A stretch of 63,408 bases of DNA from Chthoniobacter sp. Lineage in GTDB: Bacteria; Verrucomicrobiota; Verrucomicrobiia; Chthoniobacterales; Chthoniobacteraceae. The notes below the pieces were generated by a model that saw only the letters and a list, made by a program, of their open reading frames with translations, searched no databases and was not told the DNA's origin. The DNA is taken from NCBI GenBank assembly GCA_034667645.1, contig JAXDQV010000146.1:1-63408 (forward strand), in the 5' to 3' direction. Position 1 is the first letter of the stretch. Every line of letters begins with the position of its first letter. Shown here piece by piece: positions 34,068-42,952 of this stretch. A program made the position numbers and the translations under genes.

Positions 34068-34925
34068 TTACGGTTGTTTAAAGGTCTGCGCAATTTGCAG
34101 GAGTCGCTCGCGAACCGCTGCGACCGTTTCATGGAGGGTGGAGGTGCCCGCGGTCAGCCCGACCACCTCTCCACCTTGAAACCACTTCGCTTCAAGTTCC
34201 TCCGCCCGCTCGATATGATGGGCCGGCACCCCGGCCGCGGTGGCGGTCTCGACGAGCTGGCGTGTGTTGTTGCTGTTGCGGCCGCCCACCACCACGAGGA
34301 CGTCCACCTCTGCGAGCAGCTTTTTCAGCGCGTTTTGCCGGTCTTTCGTCGGCCGGCAAACGGTGTCACAAAAGCGAACTTCGCTCTCTGGATTTGACGA
34401 ACGAATTTCCTGAACCAGCGCCAGCACCTTATCGAGCGGCTGCGTGGTTTGTGAGATCACGCCGTAGCGTTCGCGTTTAGGGAGCCGGGCGACATCGGCG
34501 AGGGCGCCGATTACGTGCGCCTCCGGGAAGTCGCCAGTGAGTCCGACCACTTCCACGTGTCCCAGCTTGCCGATGACCACAGGGAAATATCCGAGGGAGA
34601 CCAGCGTCTTCAGTTGATCGTGCGCGTGCCGGACGAGAGGACAGGTGCCATCGGCGACGCCGAACCCCGCTTGTTTCCAACCCTGCCGCGCGCGATCCGA
34701 TGCGCCATGAGCCGAAATCATCACCTGCCGCGAGCGGCTCGTTTCAAAACGCGCGGGATCGCCTTCGCTCACGCCATGCGCGGCCAGTCGCTCGCGAATG
34801 ATCGGGTTATGCACGAGCTCGCCGAGGATGGTGAGCGGTGCGTGTTGCGCGAGTTGTTCCGCCTGCTTGAGCGCATCTCTCACGCCGAAGCAGAGTCCGT
34901 AGTGTTCAGCCAGTTTTATGATCAT
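34068..34925 (-). CDS. ispH: 4-hydroxy-3-methylbut-2-enyl diphosphate reductase
   Basis: MIIKLAEHYGLCFGVRDAL..., HNPIIRERL, ...TCPLV..., typical IspH/LytB layout and length. Confidence 0.9.
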   Translation of the reverse strand: MIIKLAEHYGLCFGVRDALKQAEQLAQHAPLTILGELVHNPIIRERLAAHGVSEGDPARFETSRSRQVMISAHGASDRARQGWKQAGFGVADGTCPLVRHAHDQLKTLVSLGYFPVVIGKLGHVEVVGLTGDFPEAHVIGALADVARLPKRERYGVISQTTQPLDKVLALVQEIRSSNPESEVRFCDTVCRPTKDRQNALKKLLAEVDVLVVVGGRNSNNTRQLVETATAAGVPAHHIERAEELEAKWFQGGEVVGLTAGTSTLHETVAAVRERLLQIAQTFKQP

Positions 34926-34964
34926 AGTTAAGCTTTGTAATACAAAGTAAGTGGGGACAAAAAA

Positions 34965-35261
34965 TCAGCTGCGGCCGGTCTTGACGATTTCCTCCAGGAC
35001 TCGGAGATAATCCTGAAACGAGTTACGGCCTTTCATCGTCAGCGCATAGCTGGTTTGCGGGCGATCGAGCACCTCCTTGGTCACCGCCACGTAGCCGCCC
35101 TGGTGCAGCGTGCGCAGATGCGTCACGAGGTTTCCGTCACTCATTTTGAGCTCTGCTTTCAGATCCTGAAAGGGCCAGCTCGGACGCGTGGCAAGCAAGG
35201 TCATGATTGCGAGCCTTCCTTTTTCGTGAATCGTTCGGTCGAGTTTGTCGAAATCGAGCAT
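34965..35261 (-). CDS. winged-helix transcriptional regulator
   Basis: IHEKGRLAIMTLLATRPSWPFQDLKAELKMSDGNLVTHLRTLHQGGYV wHTH pattern. Confidence 0.7.
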   Translation of the reverse strand: MLDFDKLDRTIHEKGRLAIMTLLATRPSWPFQDLKAELKMSDGNLVTHLRTLHQGGYVAVTKEVLDRPQTSYALTMKGRNSFQDYLRVLEEIVKTGRS

Positions 35262-35265
35262 CGGT

Positions 35266-35880
35266 TCATGCTGTTTTTCGAGGCCAGGCGGCGACCGCGT
35301 AAACGAGGTGGAACAATCCAAACGTGATGCCCATCAGCCATTCTGCGCCGATGTATTTCGGGTAACAGGCGTGGTTGGCGGCCAGCGCGAAGAGGGCCGC
35401 GAGTAAAAATGACCAACCAAGAACGACGAGGGAGCGCGGGGAGAAGTGGGCGGTGGCGAGCAGAGCCAATCCATAAAAGGCGCTCCAGACAATCGCCAGG
35501 AGATGCGAGTCGCGGCCCGCGAGGATCGAGGGCAGGCTAATTACTGCCGCAGTGAGGCACGGCGGAAACAAGGCTCTCACTGCCAGCCTCAATGATGAGG
35601 AAAAAAGCGGCTCTCCACGCAAGCGCGCCGCACGCCAGAGATAGAACGTGTTCGCCGCGCTCGTGATGCAAAGCGCGAGAATCCACCACAGCGCGAAATG
35701 AGGCACCGCCGTGGAGCGTGGATGATTGCGCAACCACATTAGCGACCCGGTCGCAATGACGACGGCCAGCATTCCCCCCACCAAGGCTGTCGGCGCTGAG
35801 ACCGCCCGGTAAATCGTGGCCCGCTCCATCAGCGTGCGGATGACGCGCAGATGCTCCTCGGCCTCGTTTCGCTCATTCAT
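35266..35880 (-). CDS. hypothetical membrane protein, cotranscribed with the wHTH regulator
   Basis: About five TM helices. 4-nt gap to the downstream regulator gene. Confidence 0.5.
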   Translation of the reverse strand: MNERNEAEEHLRVIRTLMERATIYRAVSAPTALVGGMLAVVIATGSLMWLRNHPRSTAVPHFALWWILALCITSAANTFYLWRAARLRGEPLFSSSLRLAVRALFPPCLTAAVISLPSILAGRDSHLLAIVWSAFYGLALLATAHFSPRSLVVLGWSFLLAALFALAANHACYPKYIGAEWLMGITFGLFHLVYAVAAWPRKTA

Positions 35881-35924
35881 GACGATGACTTTGCTCCACA
35901 AAGTTAAAGTGCGCAAGTATTTTT

Positions 35925-37289
35925 TTATGACTTCTGCTTCTCGCGCGGCGGGCGACCGCGAAACATGAGGATGATCGGCAATCCCATGAAGCGCACTTTT
36001 TCTCTCAACTGTGCGTCGATGTGTTTTCGATACGAGTCCGGCAAAGCTTTTGGATCATTCACAAAGAGCAGAAAGCGGGGAACGGGAATTGCCTGGCCTG
36101 CGCTTGCCTCCACCTGCGTCGCATAGAGAATCTTAAAGCGCCGTCCGCTTCGGATCGGAGGCGGCGTGGCGGTGAGAATGGATTGGAGCATCCGGTTGAG
36201 AACACCGGTGGAAATCTTCCCGCGCGAGGACTCGCGCACCTGTTCGACGATTCGGAAAAGCCGTTCCATGTTTTCGCCCGTTTTTGCGGAGAGCATCAGC
36301 AGCGGTGCGTAGTCAACGAAGAATAGCTCGGCGCGAATGTCGTCCATGAACTCGTGCAGGAACTCCTTTCGCTCGCCTTCGATCGTGACCAGATCCCATT
36401 TGTTCACCACCACGATGCACGGTTTTTCCGCCTTCTGAATCGAGCCCGCAATCTTTTTGTCCTGTGACGTCACGCCGAGCACCGCATCAATCACCAGGAC
36501 GCACAAATCCGCGCGCCGAATGCTTCTCTCCGCGCGCATGACACTGAAAACTTCGACGGAATTATCGACCTTCCCGCGCGCGCGGATTCCGGCAGTGTCG
36601 ATCAGCACATATTGCTGTTCCCCCCTGGTGTAAGGCACGTCCACGGCATCCCGCGTCGTGCCGGAGATATCGCTGACCATGGTGCGCCGATCATCGAGAA
36701 TGGCGTTGATCAACGACGATTTTCCAACGTTCGGCCGGCCGACAATCGCAATGCTGAGCGACGCGGGCGCAGACTTCTCGTTTGCCGATTTCGTGGGCAG
36801 AAAACTTTCAGCCAGCTCGACCAGATGCCCGATGCCGAGGCCGTGCTCGGCGCTGATGGAAAGCACGTTTTTAAAACCGAGCCGGGTAAATTCATCGGCA
36901 AAGGAAGTGTGCTTCGGGTCGTCGATTTTATTGACGAGAAGCACGAGCGGTTTGTCGGCTCGCCGCAGCACCTGCGCGAGTTCCTGGTCCACAGGCGTGA
37001 GGCCAGACTGGCCGTCCACGACAAAAAGAAGGACATCCGCGGTCGCAATGGCGATGTCGGCTTCCGTCCGCACCTGCTCGGAAAAACTCGCATCGACCAC
37101 GCTCCCGATTCCGCCGGTGTCCACGATTGTGAACGGGTTCCTGCCCAGTTTGCACTCGGCCGCGAGCCGGTCACGCGTGACGCCAGGTTGGTCGTGAACG
37201 ATGGAGATCTTGCGCCCGGCGAGACGGTTGAAAAGTGCGGACTTTCCGACGTTCGGCCGACCGACGATCGCGACGGTTCTAGTTGCCAT
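35925..37289 (-). CDS. der: ribosome-associated GTPase Der/EngA
   Basis: Two G domains, each with GRPNVGKS, DTGG/DTAG and NKxD, plus a KH-like C-terminus. Confidence 0.95.
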   Translation of the reverse strand: MATRTVAIVGRPNVGKSALFNRLAGRKISIVHDQPGVTRDRLAAECKLGRNPFTIVDTGGIGSVVDASFSEQVRTEADIAIATADVLLFVVDGQSGLTPVDQELAQVLRRADKPLVLLVNKIDDPKHTSFADEFTRLGFKNVLSISAEHGLGIGHLVELAESFLPTKSANEKSAPASLSIAIVGRPNVGKSSLINAILDDRRTMVSDISGTTRDAVDVPYTRGEQQYVLIDTAGIRARGKVDNSVEVFSVMRAERSIRRADLCVLVIDAVLGVTSQDKKIAGSIQKAEKPCIVVVNKWDLVTIEGERKEFLHEFMDDIRAELFFVDYAPLLMLSAKTGENMERLFRIVEQVRESSRGKISTGVLNRMLQSILTATPPPIRSGRRFKILYATQVEASAGQAIPVPRFLLFVNDPKALPDSYRKHIDAQLREKVRFMGLPIILMFRGRPPREKQKS

Positions 37290-37896
37290 GGCCCCCGGCG
37301 TGAAGCTGGCGAAAGCCGTCCGTCACGTATCCGATTCCGGAAACGAGCGTAAACAACCCCGCGAAGGCGACGGGAATATCGAGGAAGTGCAACTCATAAC
37401 TTTGTCCGGCAAAACTGATCGATTTTGTAAAAAAATCGAGCTGCAGCATGACAAAGGCGATGGAGATCATCTGGAGCGCGGTGGCGACTTTTCCTACCCA
37501 GCTCGGCTTCACGTGCACTTTCCCGACGAGATAATGCAGGACGGCGGTTCCCGTGAGAATCACCGCGTCGCGCGTGATCACGAGCACCGCGAACCAGAGC
37601 GGGAATTCATATGTCCAGTTGCTGAAACTCAGCGTGATGATCGCGGCGAGAAGTAGCCCTTTGTCGGCGATGGGATCGAGCACGACTCCGAGCGCGCTCC
37701 GCTGGTTGAAACGCCGCGCCACATAGCCATCAATGCCATCGCTCGCGGCCGCGGCGATGAACACCGCAATGGCGGCGAAGCGCTCCCAAAGCTGGGGCTG
37801 ACCGCGTTGCACGCTTTTGCCGTAGTAGATCGCCATCATGACAAAGACCGGAATAAGTAGGATGCGGGTGACGGTGATTTTATTCGCCGTGGTCAT
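37279..37896 (-). CDS. pgsA: CDP-alcohol phosphatidyltransferase (PgsA-like)
   Basis: DGIDGYVARRFNQRSALGVVLDPIADK signature. Confidence 0.85.
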   Translation of the reverse strand: MTTANKITVTRILLIPVFVMMAIYYGKSVQRGQPQLWERFAAIAVFIAAAASDGIDGYVARRFNQRSALGVVLDPIADKGLLLAAIITLSFSNWTYEFPLWFAVLVITRDAVILTGTAVLHYLVGKVHVKPSWVGKVATALQMISIAFVMLQLDFFTKSISFAGQSYELHFLDIPVAFAGLFTLVSGIGYVTDGFRQLHAGGHGN

Positions 37897-37978
37897 CGGA
37901 CGAGATTGTCGCGCGGAGCGCTGGATTTGCAATGCCCGCCGCCCGGATGCGGACGTTTCCGCCCAGATCCGCCCGCCT

Positions 37979-38863
37979 TTAGAACTGCAGCGTCAATCCC
38001 GCGTGCGCGGCGAAGTTCTGGTAGGTCGCCAGCGCCTGGGTGGAGTCGTTGTCGATAAAGTCAGCGCCGAATGAGCCGTAGAGATGCGCCGTGAACTGGT
38101 AGATCACATTTCCCCCCACCACATGGCGGGAATCGCGGCGCGGCTCATTGATGTAATCACTGTATTGGAATTGGTAGAAAAGCTGCCCGAAGAGCGCGGG
38201 GCGAAACTGATGGGTGAGGCTGACGGTGGCGCAATTCACGTAGCGATCGTCCTGAGCTGGTGATGCGAAGTGATCGGAGAATTTGTAAGCGACCGTGAGC
38301 AGAGTGCGGTGCTCGTTGAAGACGTAGCCATTATCGATGCCCGTCGAGAAAACCATCGCTTCCGACAGCCGGTGTCCGGTGTCATAGGAGGTGTAGTGAT
38401 AGGGCTCGGCACCGACGAAGAGCCGCGGGCAGGTCGGCTTGGGACGCCAGTCGAGAAAAGTATTTCCGCTGAAGCCCCAGAAGCTGCGGTTGCCGTGATC
38501 GGCGTAAACCGCCGACTCTGCCCTGACGACGGTATCAATGCTTAGTCCGTGGCCAAGCGCATGATTGAATCCGACTTCGCCGGTGGGAAAGCTGAGCAAA
38601 TCGCCGCTGCTGTGGTTGCCCAGCAGCTTCGCGTTGGTTACGAATTCCTCCCGTGCCTGGACGCTGCCGCGCAGGTGCGACAGGAAGGAATCGGGTTTTG
38701 CCGGACGAATGTCGCCCATGTCTTCGCGTTCGGAATCGCTCAGCCTGACGGAGCTCTCGTTCCCGACCACGTTTTTGTCGGAAGATTGCGCCGTGGCGAG
38801 AAGCGCGGAGGCGAGGAGCGCGGCGGTCGCACAGAAAGTGGATTTCACTTTGCAGGAAATCAT
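37979..38863 (-). CDS. outer-membrane beta-barrel protein, unknown function
   Basis: Signal peptide, alternating-hydrophobic strands, C-terminal ...AGLTLQF. Start overlaps the FecR-gene stop (ATGA). Confidence 0.45.
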   Translation of the reverse strand: MISCKVKSTFCATAALLASALLATAQSSDKNVVGNESSVRLSDSEREDMGDIRPAKPDSFLSHLRGSVQAREEFVTNAKLLGNHSSGDLLSFPTGEVGFNHALGHGLSIDTVVRAESAVYADHGNRSFWGFSGNTFLDWRPKPTCPRLFVGAEPYHYTSYDTGHRLSEAMVFSTGIDNGYVFNEHRTLLTVAYKFSDHFASPAQDDRYVNCATVSLTHQFRPALFGQLFYQFQYSDYINEPRRDSRHVVGGNVIYQFTAHLYGSFGADFIDNDSTQALATYQNFAAHAGLTLQF

Positions 38864-39762
38864 CGCGTGCTCCTTCCGACTTGTCCTTGCCCGGGACTCC
38901 GGACGGGCTTCGGCGTCGGGGTTGGCGTGGGCGTTGGCGTCGGGGGGGCCACCGGCTCCACTTCGTGCGGGGTATTCAGGAAATCGCGAACGCGGGGGTT
39001 GATCTGCGTGGCTTCCTGAATGTCGAGGAAATGCAGGTCAGGCAGGCCCGGAAATTCCGCGAGGACGCCTGCGACCTCGTCATCCACCGGCGCCAGCGGC
39101 GAACCGAGCGGAAAACTCGGCGGCGGTCCACCGAAGTTAAAGAGCTTGCTCGTCTTCACCACCTCGTCGAGGTCGAACTGGAAGATGTGTCCCGAAGAAT
39201 CCACCGCCCAGCCTTTCGGCACATCGCCCCATTGCGTGTGCAGCGTGCCGCGCAACACCGCGATCAGGTTCTCGGAGACGAGCCCGATCGTTCCCGTCAC
39301 GGCGGCCGTGAAGGCCCGCGTCTTGATCTGGCCGCCACCCGATCCCGGCGGGATGTAAAACAGCATCGTCCCTTTTTCCAGCGAGAGCGTCCGCGAGCCG
39401 GCGTCGAAAGTGAACACGCTGTTCTGTCCGACGCGCACGATCGAGTGGTCGCTGAATTTCAGTTCTGCTCGCGCTTCGGTCAGGGTCCGGAGATACTCCT
39501 CGCCCTTGATCACATCGGAGACGGCGGCGGGCCGTTCGGCGGCTTTTGCGCCCTGGCCGACGGAGACCTGATTCTCGATTCGCGTGACAGTGGCGGAGTC
39601 AAACGGCTGAGCTGCGGCGCCGGTGCCACCGAGCGAAAACAGACTGGCCGCGGTCAGAACACCGAGTTGGAAGCGGACGGGCCGGGCGAACACAGGGGCG
39701 CATTTTTCCGATGCAATGCGGCAAGTCAACGGAAAACATCCGCGCCGAGGTTGTTTGTGCAT
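38860..39762 (-). CDS. FecR-domain protein with a PT-repeat tail
   Basis: ...LKFSDHSIVRVGQNSVFTF...GTMLFYIP... FecR-like core. C-terminal PPTPTPTPTPTPKP. Confidence 0.65.
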   Translation of the reverse strand: MHKQPRRGCFPLTCRIASEKCAPVFARPVRFQLGVLTAASLFSLGGTGAAAQPFDSATVTRIENQVSVGQGAKAAERPAAVSDVIKGEEYLRTLTEARAELKFSDHSIVRVGQNSVFTFDAGSRTLSLEKGTMLFYIPPGSGGGQIKTRAFTAAVTGTIGLVSENLIAVLRGTLHTQWGDVPKGWAVDSSGHIFQFDLDEVVKTSKLFNFGGPPPSFPLGSPLAPVDDEVAGVLAEFPGLPDLHFLDIQEATQINPRVRDFLNTPHEVEPVAPPTPTPTPTPTPKPVRSPGQGQVGRSTR

Positions 39763-39818
39763 TGGGCCGGTGCTACACCGCTAACGTGCAACGCTGGCTT
39801 CCCTCTCATCGCGCGCAA

Positions 39819-41885
39819 ATGGCGGCCATCTGCGCCCTTTGCACCACCGCGGTCCTCGCGTTGCATTTTACCTCGACTCCGTTTCAGCAGGCGGAAATGC
39901 GCGGGCTCGATGCGCTGGTCCGCTTCGCCAGCCGTTCGGCCGTGGATCCGCGCCTCGTTTATCTCGCGATCGACGACGCCTCGATCAACTTCGGCTCGAA
40001 CGCCTTCAGCGGAGAGCTAGCCGCGTCTCCGGCGCTGCAAAAGATCGCCGCCGGCTGGCCGTGGTCGCGCGAGGTGCATGCGATGATTGTCGACCGGCTC
40101 CTGCAGGCCGGCGCGCGCGTGGTGGCGCTCGATCTCCTGTTCCCCACGCCGCGCGAGGGCGATGAGGCGCTGCGGGCCGCCCTCGATCGCTGGCGCGACC
40201 GCGTCGTGATCGGCAGCAACTTCGTGGACGAGGACGGCGCCGGCGCCACGCGCACCCTTTCCGTGCCGACCAGTTCGCTCGTGGAAAACGGCGCGTCCGA
40301 TGACCGCGTCGGCTTTGTCAACTTCTGGCCCAATCCGCTCGACGACGTCGTCCGCGCGGCTCGCTACCGTGTTTCGGCTTCCGAAATTTTCCATACCGCG
40401 CCGGTTCAAGGCGAAGCGCAGTTCGAATCGCTGAGCGCTCGTGTCCTGCGGAAGATCGGGCTCGCTGATAAAATCCCCACCGGCCCGAAAACCCTGCGCT
40501 TTGCCTCGGCCGCAGATCGCGGCGGCTTCCGCCCGCTTTCGGCCTACCTGCTTTTCGTGCCGGAGGCGTGGAAGGAGAATTTTCAAAACGGCGAATTCTT
40601 TCGCGACAAGATCGTCGTCGTCGGCCCGTGCGGGAATTTCCTGAAAGATCAGCTCCCCACGCCGCTCGGCCTGATGGAAGGCCCGGAGGTCCACCTCAAT
40701 GCGCTCAACGAGGCGCTGCAGTCCAGCTTCGTCACCCGGCCCGGCCCGCTGGCGGAAGCGCTGATCATCGCCGCGGCGGGACTGGCGGCGCTCGCGCTCA
40801 GTCTCGCGGTCTCGCAGCCGATCATCCGCTTCGTCGTCCTCGTCGCCGGCAGCGCCGCGTATCTCGGCGCGGTGGCGCTGCTTTACGATCACGGCCGATT
40901 CCTCGCGCCGCTGCTCGCGCCGCTCTTCGCCTTCGATCTCAGCGGCGTCACCGCTTTCATCTGGCAGCAATGGCTGGAGCGGCGGGAAAGCCGCCGGGTG
41001 CGACGCATCTTCGAGCGCTTCGTCTCCAGGAACGTCGTCAGCGAAGTCGTCGATAATCGCGAGAGCTTCCTCCTCCAGCTCGGCGGCGTCCGCAAATGCG
41101 TGGTCGTCCTGATGACCGATCTCCGCGGTTTCACCTCGCTCACCGAGCAGGCCGATTCCACCCAGCTCGTCGCGCAGCTCAATGAATACTTCACCGAGAT
41201 GGTCAAATGCGTCTTCGCCGCCGATGGCACCCTCGATAAATTCATCGGCGACGCCGTCCTCGCCGTCTGGGGCAACGTCCACAGCGACGGACCCGCGCGC
41301 GACGCCGAGCTCGCCGTCACCACCGCGCTCCGCATGCAAAAAAGCCTGCGCGAGCTCAACGCCGAGTGGCCCGCGCGCGGCTGGGTGCCGCTCCAGATGG
41401 GCATCGGCATCAACTACGGCGAAGTCATCTTCGCCGCGCTCGGCTCCGAGGAAAAAGCCGAGCCGACCGTCATCGGCGACCCCGTCAACGTCGCCTCCCG
41501 CCTCGAGGGATTGACCAAGGAATACGGGCTCGACTTGATCATCGGGGAAAGCGTCGCCGAGCTGATCCGCGAGAAGTTTCATCTGCAGGTCGTGGACCTC
41601 GTCCGGCCCAAGGGAAAGACCCGCGCCGTCCGCATCTACACCGTGCTTGGGCGGGTGGATGAAAAGCTCGACCCCGTGACCGTCGAGTATCTGCGCGAAT
41701 ACGACGCGGCGTGCGCGCAATACCACGTCGGGGAGTTTGGCGAAGCCGGCCGGTTGTTCGAGGCCGCGCTCGCGAAGTCCAAGGGCGACCCGCTCGCCCC
41801 CATGTATGCCGCCCGCTGCCAGCGCCTCCTGCACCAGCCTCCCGCCGCGCCGTGGGACGGCGTGTATGTGATGGAGACGAAGTAG
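39819..41885 (+). CDS. CHASE2-sensor adenylate/guanylate cyclase
   Basis: N-terminal TM plus periplasmic CHASE2-like region, three TM helices, then a class III cyclase domain (VVVLMTDLRGFTSLTE, FIGDAVLAVWG, GDPVNVASRLEG). Confidence 0.85.
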   Translation: MAAICALCTTAVLALHFTSTPFQQAEMRGLDALVRFASRSAVDPRLVYLAIDDASINFGSNAFSGELAASPALQKIAAGWPWSREVHAMIVDRLLQAGARVVALDLLFPTPREGDEALRAALDRWRDRVVIGSNFVDEDGAGATRTLSVPTSSLVENGASDDRVGFVNFWPNPLDDVVRAARYRVSASEIFHTAPVQGEAQFESLSARVLRKIGLADKIPTGPKTLRFASAADRGGFRPLSAYLLFVPEAWKENFQNGEFFRDKIVVVGPCGNFLKDQLPTPLGLMEGPEVHLNALNEALQSSFVTRPGPLAEALIIAAAGLAALALSLAVSQPIIRFVVLVAGSAAYLGAVALLYDHGRFLAPLLAPLFAFDLSGVTAFIWQQWLERRESRRVRRIFERFVSRNVVSEVVDNRESFLLQLGGVRKCVVVLMTDLRGFTSLTEQADSTQLVAQLNEYFTEMVKCVFAADGTLDKFIGDAVLAVWGNVHSDGPARDAELAVTTALRMQKSLRELNAEWPARGWVPLQMGIGINYGEVIFAALGSEEKAEPTVIGDPVNVASRLEGLTKEYGLDLIIGESVAELIREKFHLQVVDLVRPKGKTRAVRIYTVLGRVDEKLDPVTVEYLREYDAACAQYHVGEFGEAGRLFEAALAKSKGDPLAPMYAARCQRLLHQPPAAPWDGVYVMETK

Positions 41886-42395
41886 CCCCACGCGGAACCG
41901 GGAAACCTCCTCACTCCCGACGGCAAAGTCCTCCCCCACGCGACCCGAGCGGCTTTGAAGCCGCCAAAAACCACTCACTTAAGGACCAATTCCACACGCC
42001 TGACAGCATCGACCACACACCTCCCAGCATCCACCATACATTTCAAGGCCTCGTCCACACGCCCGAATGGCGATGAATAGCCATAACTCGCCTCTAAACC
42101 GCCTTTTCCTCTGTAAACCGCCTCCACCCTACTCCCTGTCCCTCGCTCCCCCCTTGCACCTTCTTCCTCAACGCCTATTACATTTAGGGCATTCTTCCCG
42201 ACGACTGAACCCTGTAACATTATTATGATGCACCGACACATCAAGTGGGTTATCGCGGCACTTGTTAGGACGGTTGCGCTTCTCAACGCTGACCAAGTTC
42301 TGCCGACATAAAAGCGGATGTCCAAGCCGTGCTGGAAGCAAGGTCAGCGGGATTTGACGCCTTCTGGAAGGAGCCAAAGTTGCGGGAATTCGGAC

Positions 42396-42731
42396 ATGAA
42401 GCGCCCGGGGAAGATATGCATTGCTATAGAGGGCGCTGTTGACCCATCCGGCCTTTATTGGATTCCCGCGACCGCAACGATCGAATCTCTGCTGAAGGCG
42501 CCACCAGCTAAGGCGAAGAAGAATTTCAGCGGCTCAGTCCTCGTCTGGCGGCACGAACGTATCTTTGTTTTCGTGAAGCCAGAACGAGGTTCAACGTTGA
42601 TCGGGCCTAAAATATTGATGGGACAGGAGGACAAGGTTATTTACGAAGCTCCGACCTTCCGAATTCCTGGAGCTACATTTCAACTCAAGCCTTACGATAT
42701 TGTAACGTTCGACCGAAACATCTACATCTAG
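42396..42731 (+). CDS. small hypothetical protein in an AT-rich patch
   Basis: ORF open in AT-rich DNA. No motif recognised. Flanked by ORF-poor sequence. Confidence 0.4.
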   Translation: MKRPGKICIAIEGAVDPSGLYWIPATATIESLLKAPPAKAKKNFSGSVLVWRHERIFVFVKPERGSTLIGPKILMGQEDKVIYEAPTFRIPGATFQLKPYDIVTFDRNIYI

Positions 42732-42952
42732 TAGCCATACGGCTAATCCCTATTGAAAACTACAAGTGAGATCCGAAACTTAGTTTGGATTACAGGGCAG
42801 GTGGGCGGCGGGCACCGACTGCTTGGCGTGAATTTGCGTTGACACGCGCGGGTTCCAGTTTTATCGGAACAAGGCTCGCGTCCTCCCAGCTCTCCCGCCA
42901 CCCGGGCGCTGCATCCACGCGGGCGCGCGCAACTTTCCAAAATCAATACCGT

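Noticed and set aside
38905-38946. PT dinucleotide-peptide repeat region considered as a variable microsatellite
   Set aside because: It is an in-frame low-complexity linker (PPTPTPTPTPTPKP) at the C-terminus of the FecR-domain protein. The DNA units are imperfect.
40017-41978. 653-aa ORF antisense to the CHASE2 cyclase
   Set aside because: Arg/Gly/Asp/Glu-rich composition with no motif, typical of a high-GC shadow frame. The plus-strand gene has unambiguous cyclase motifs.
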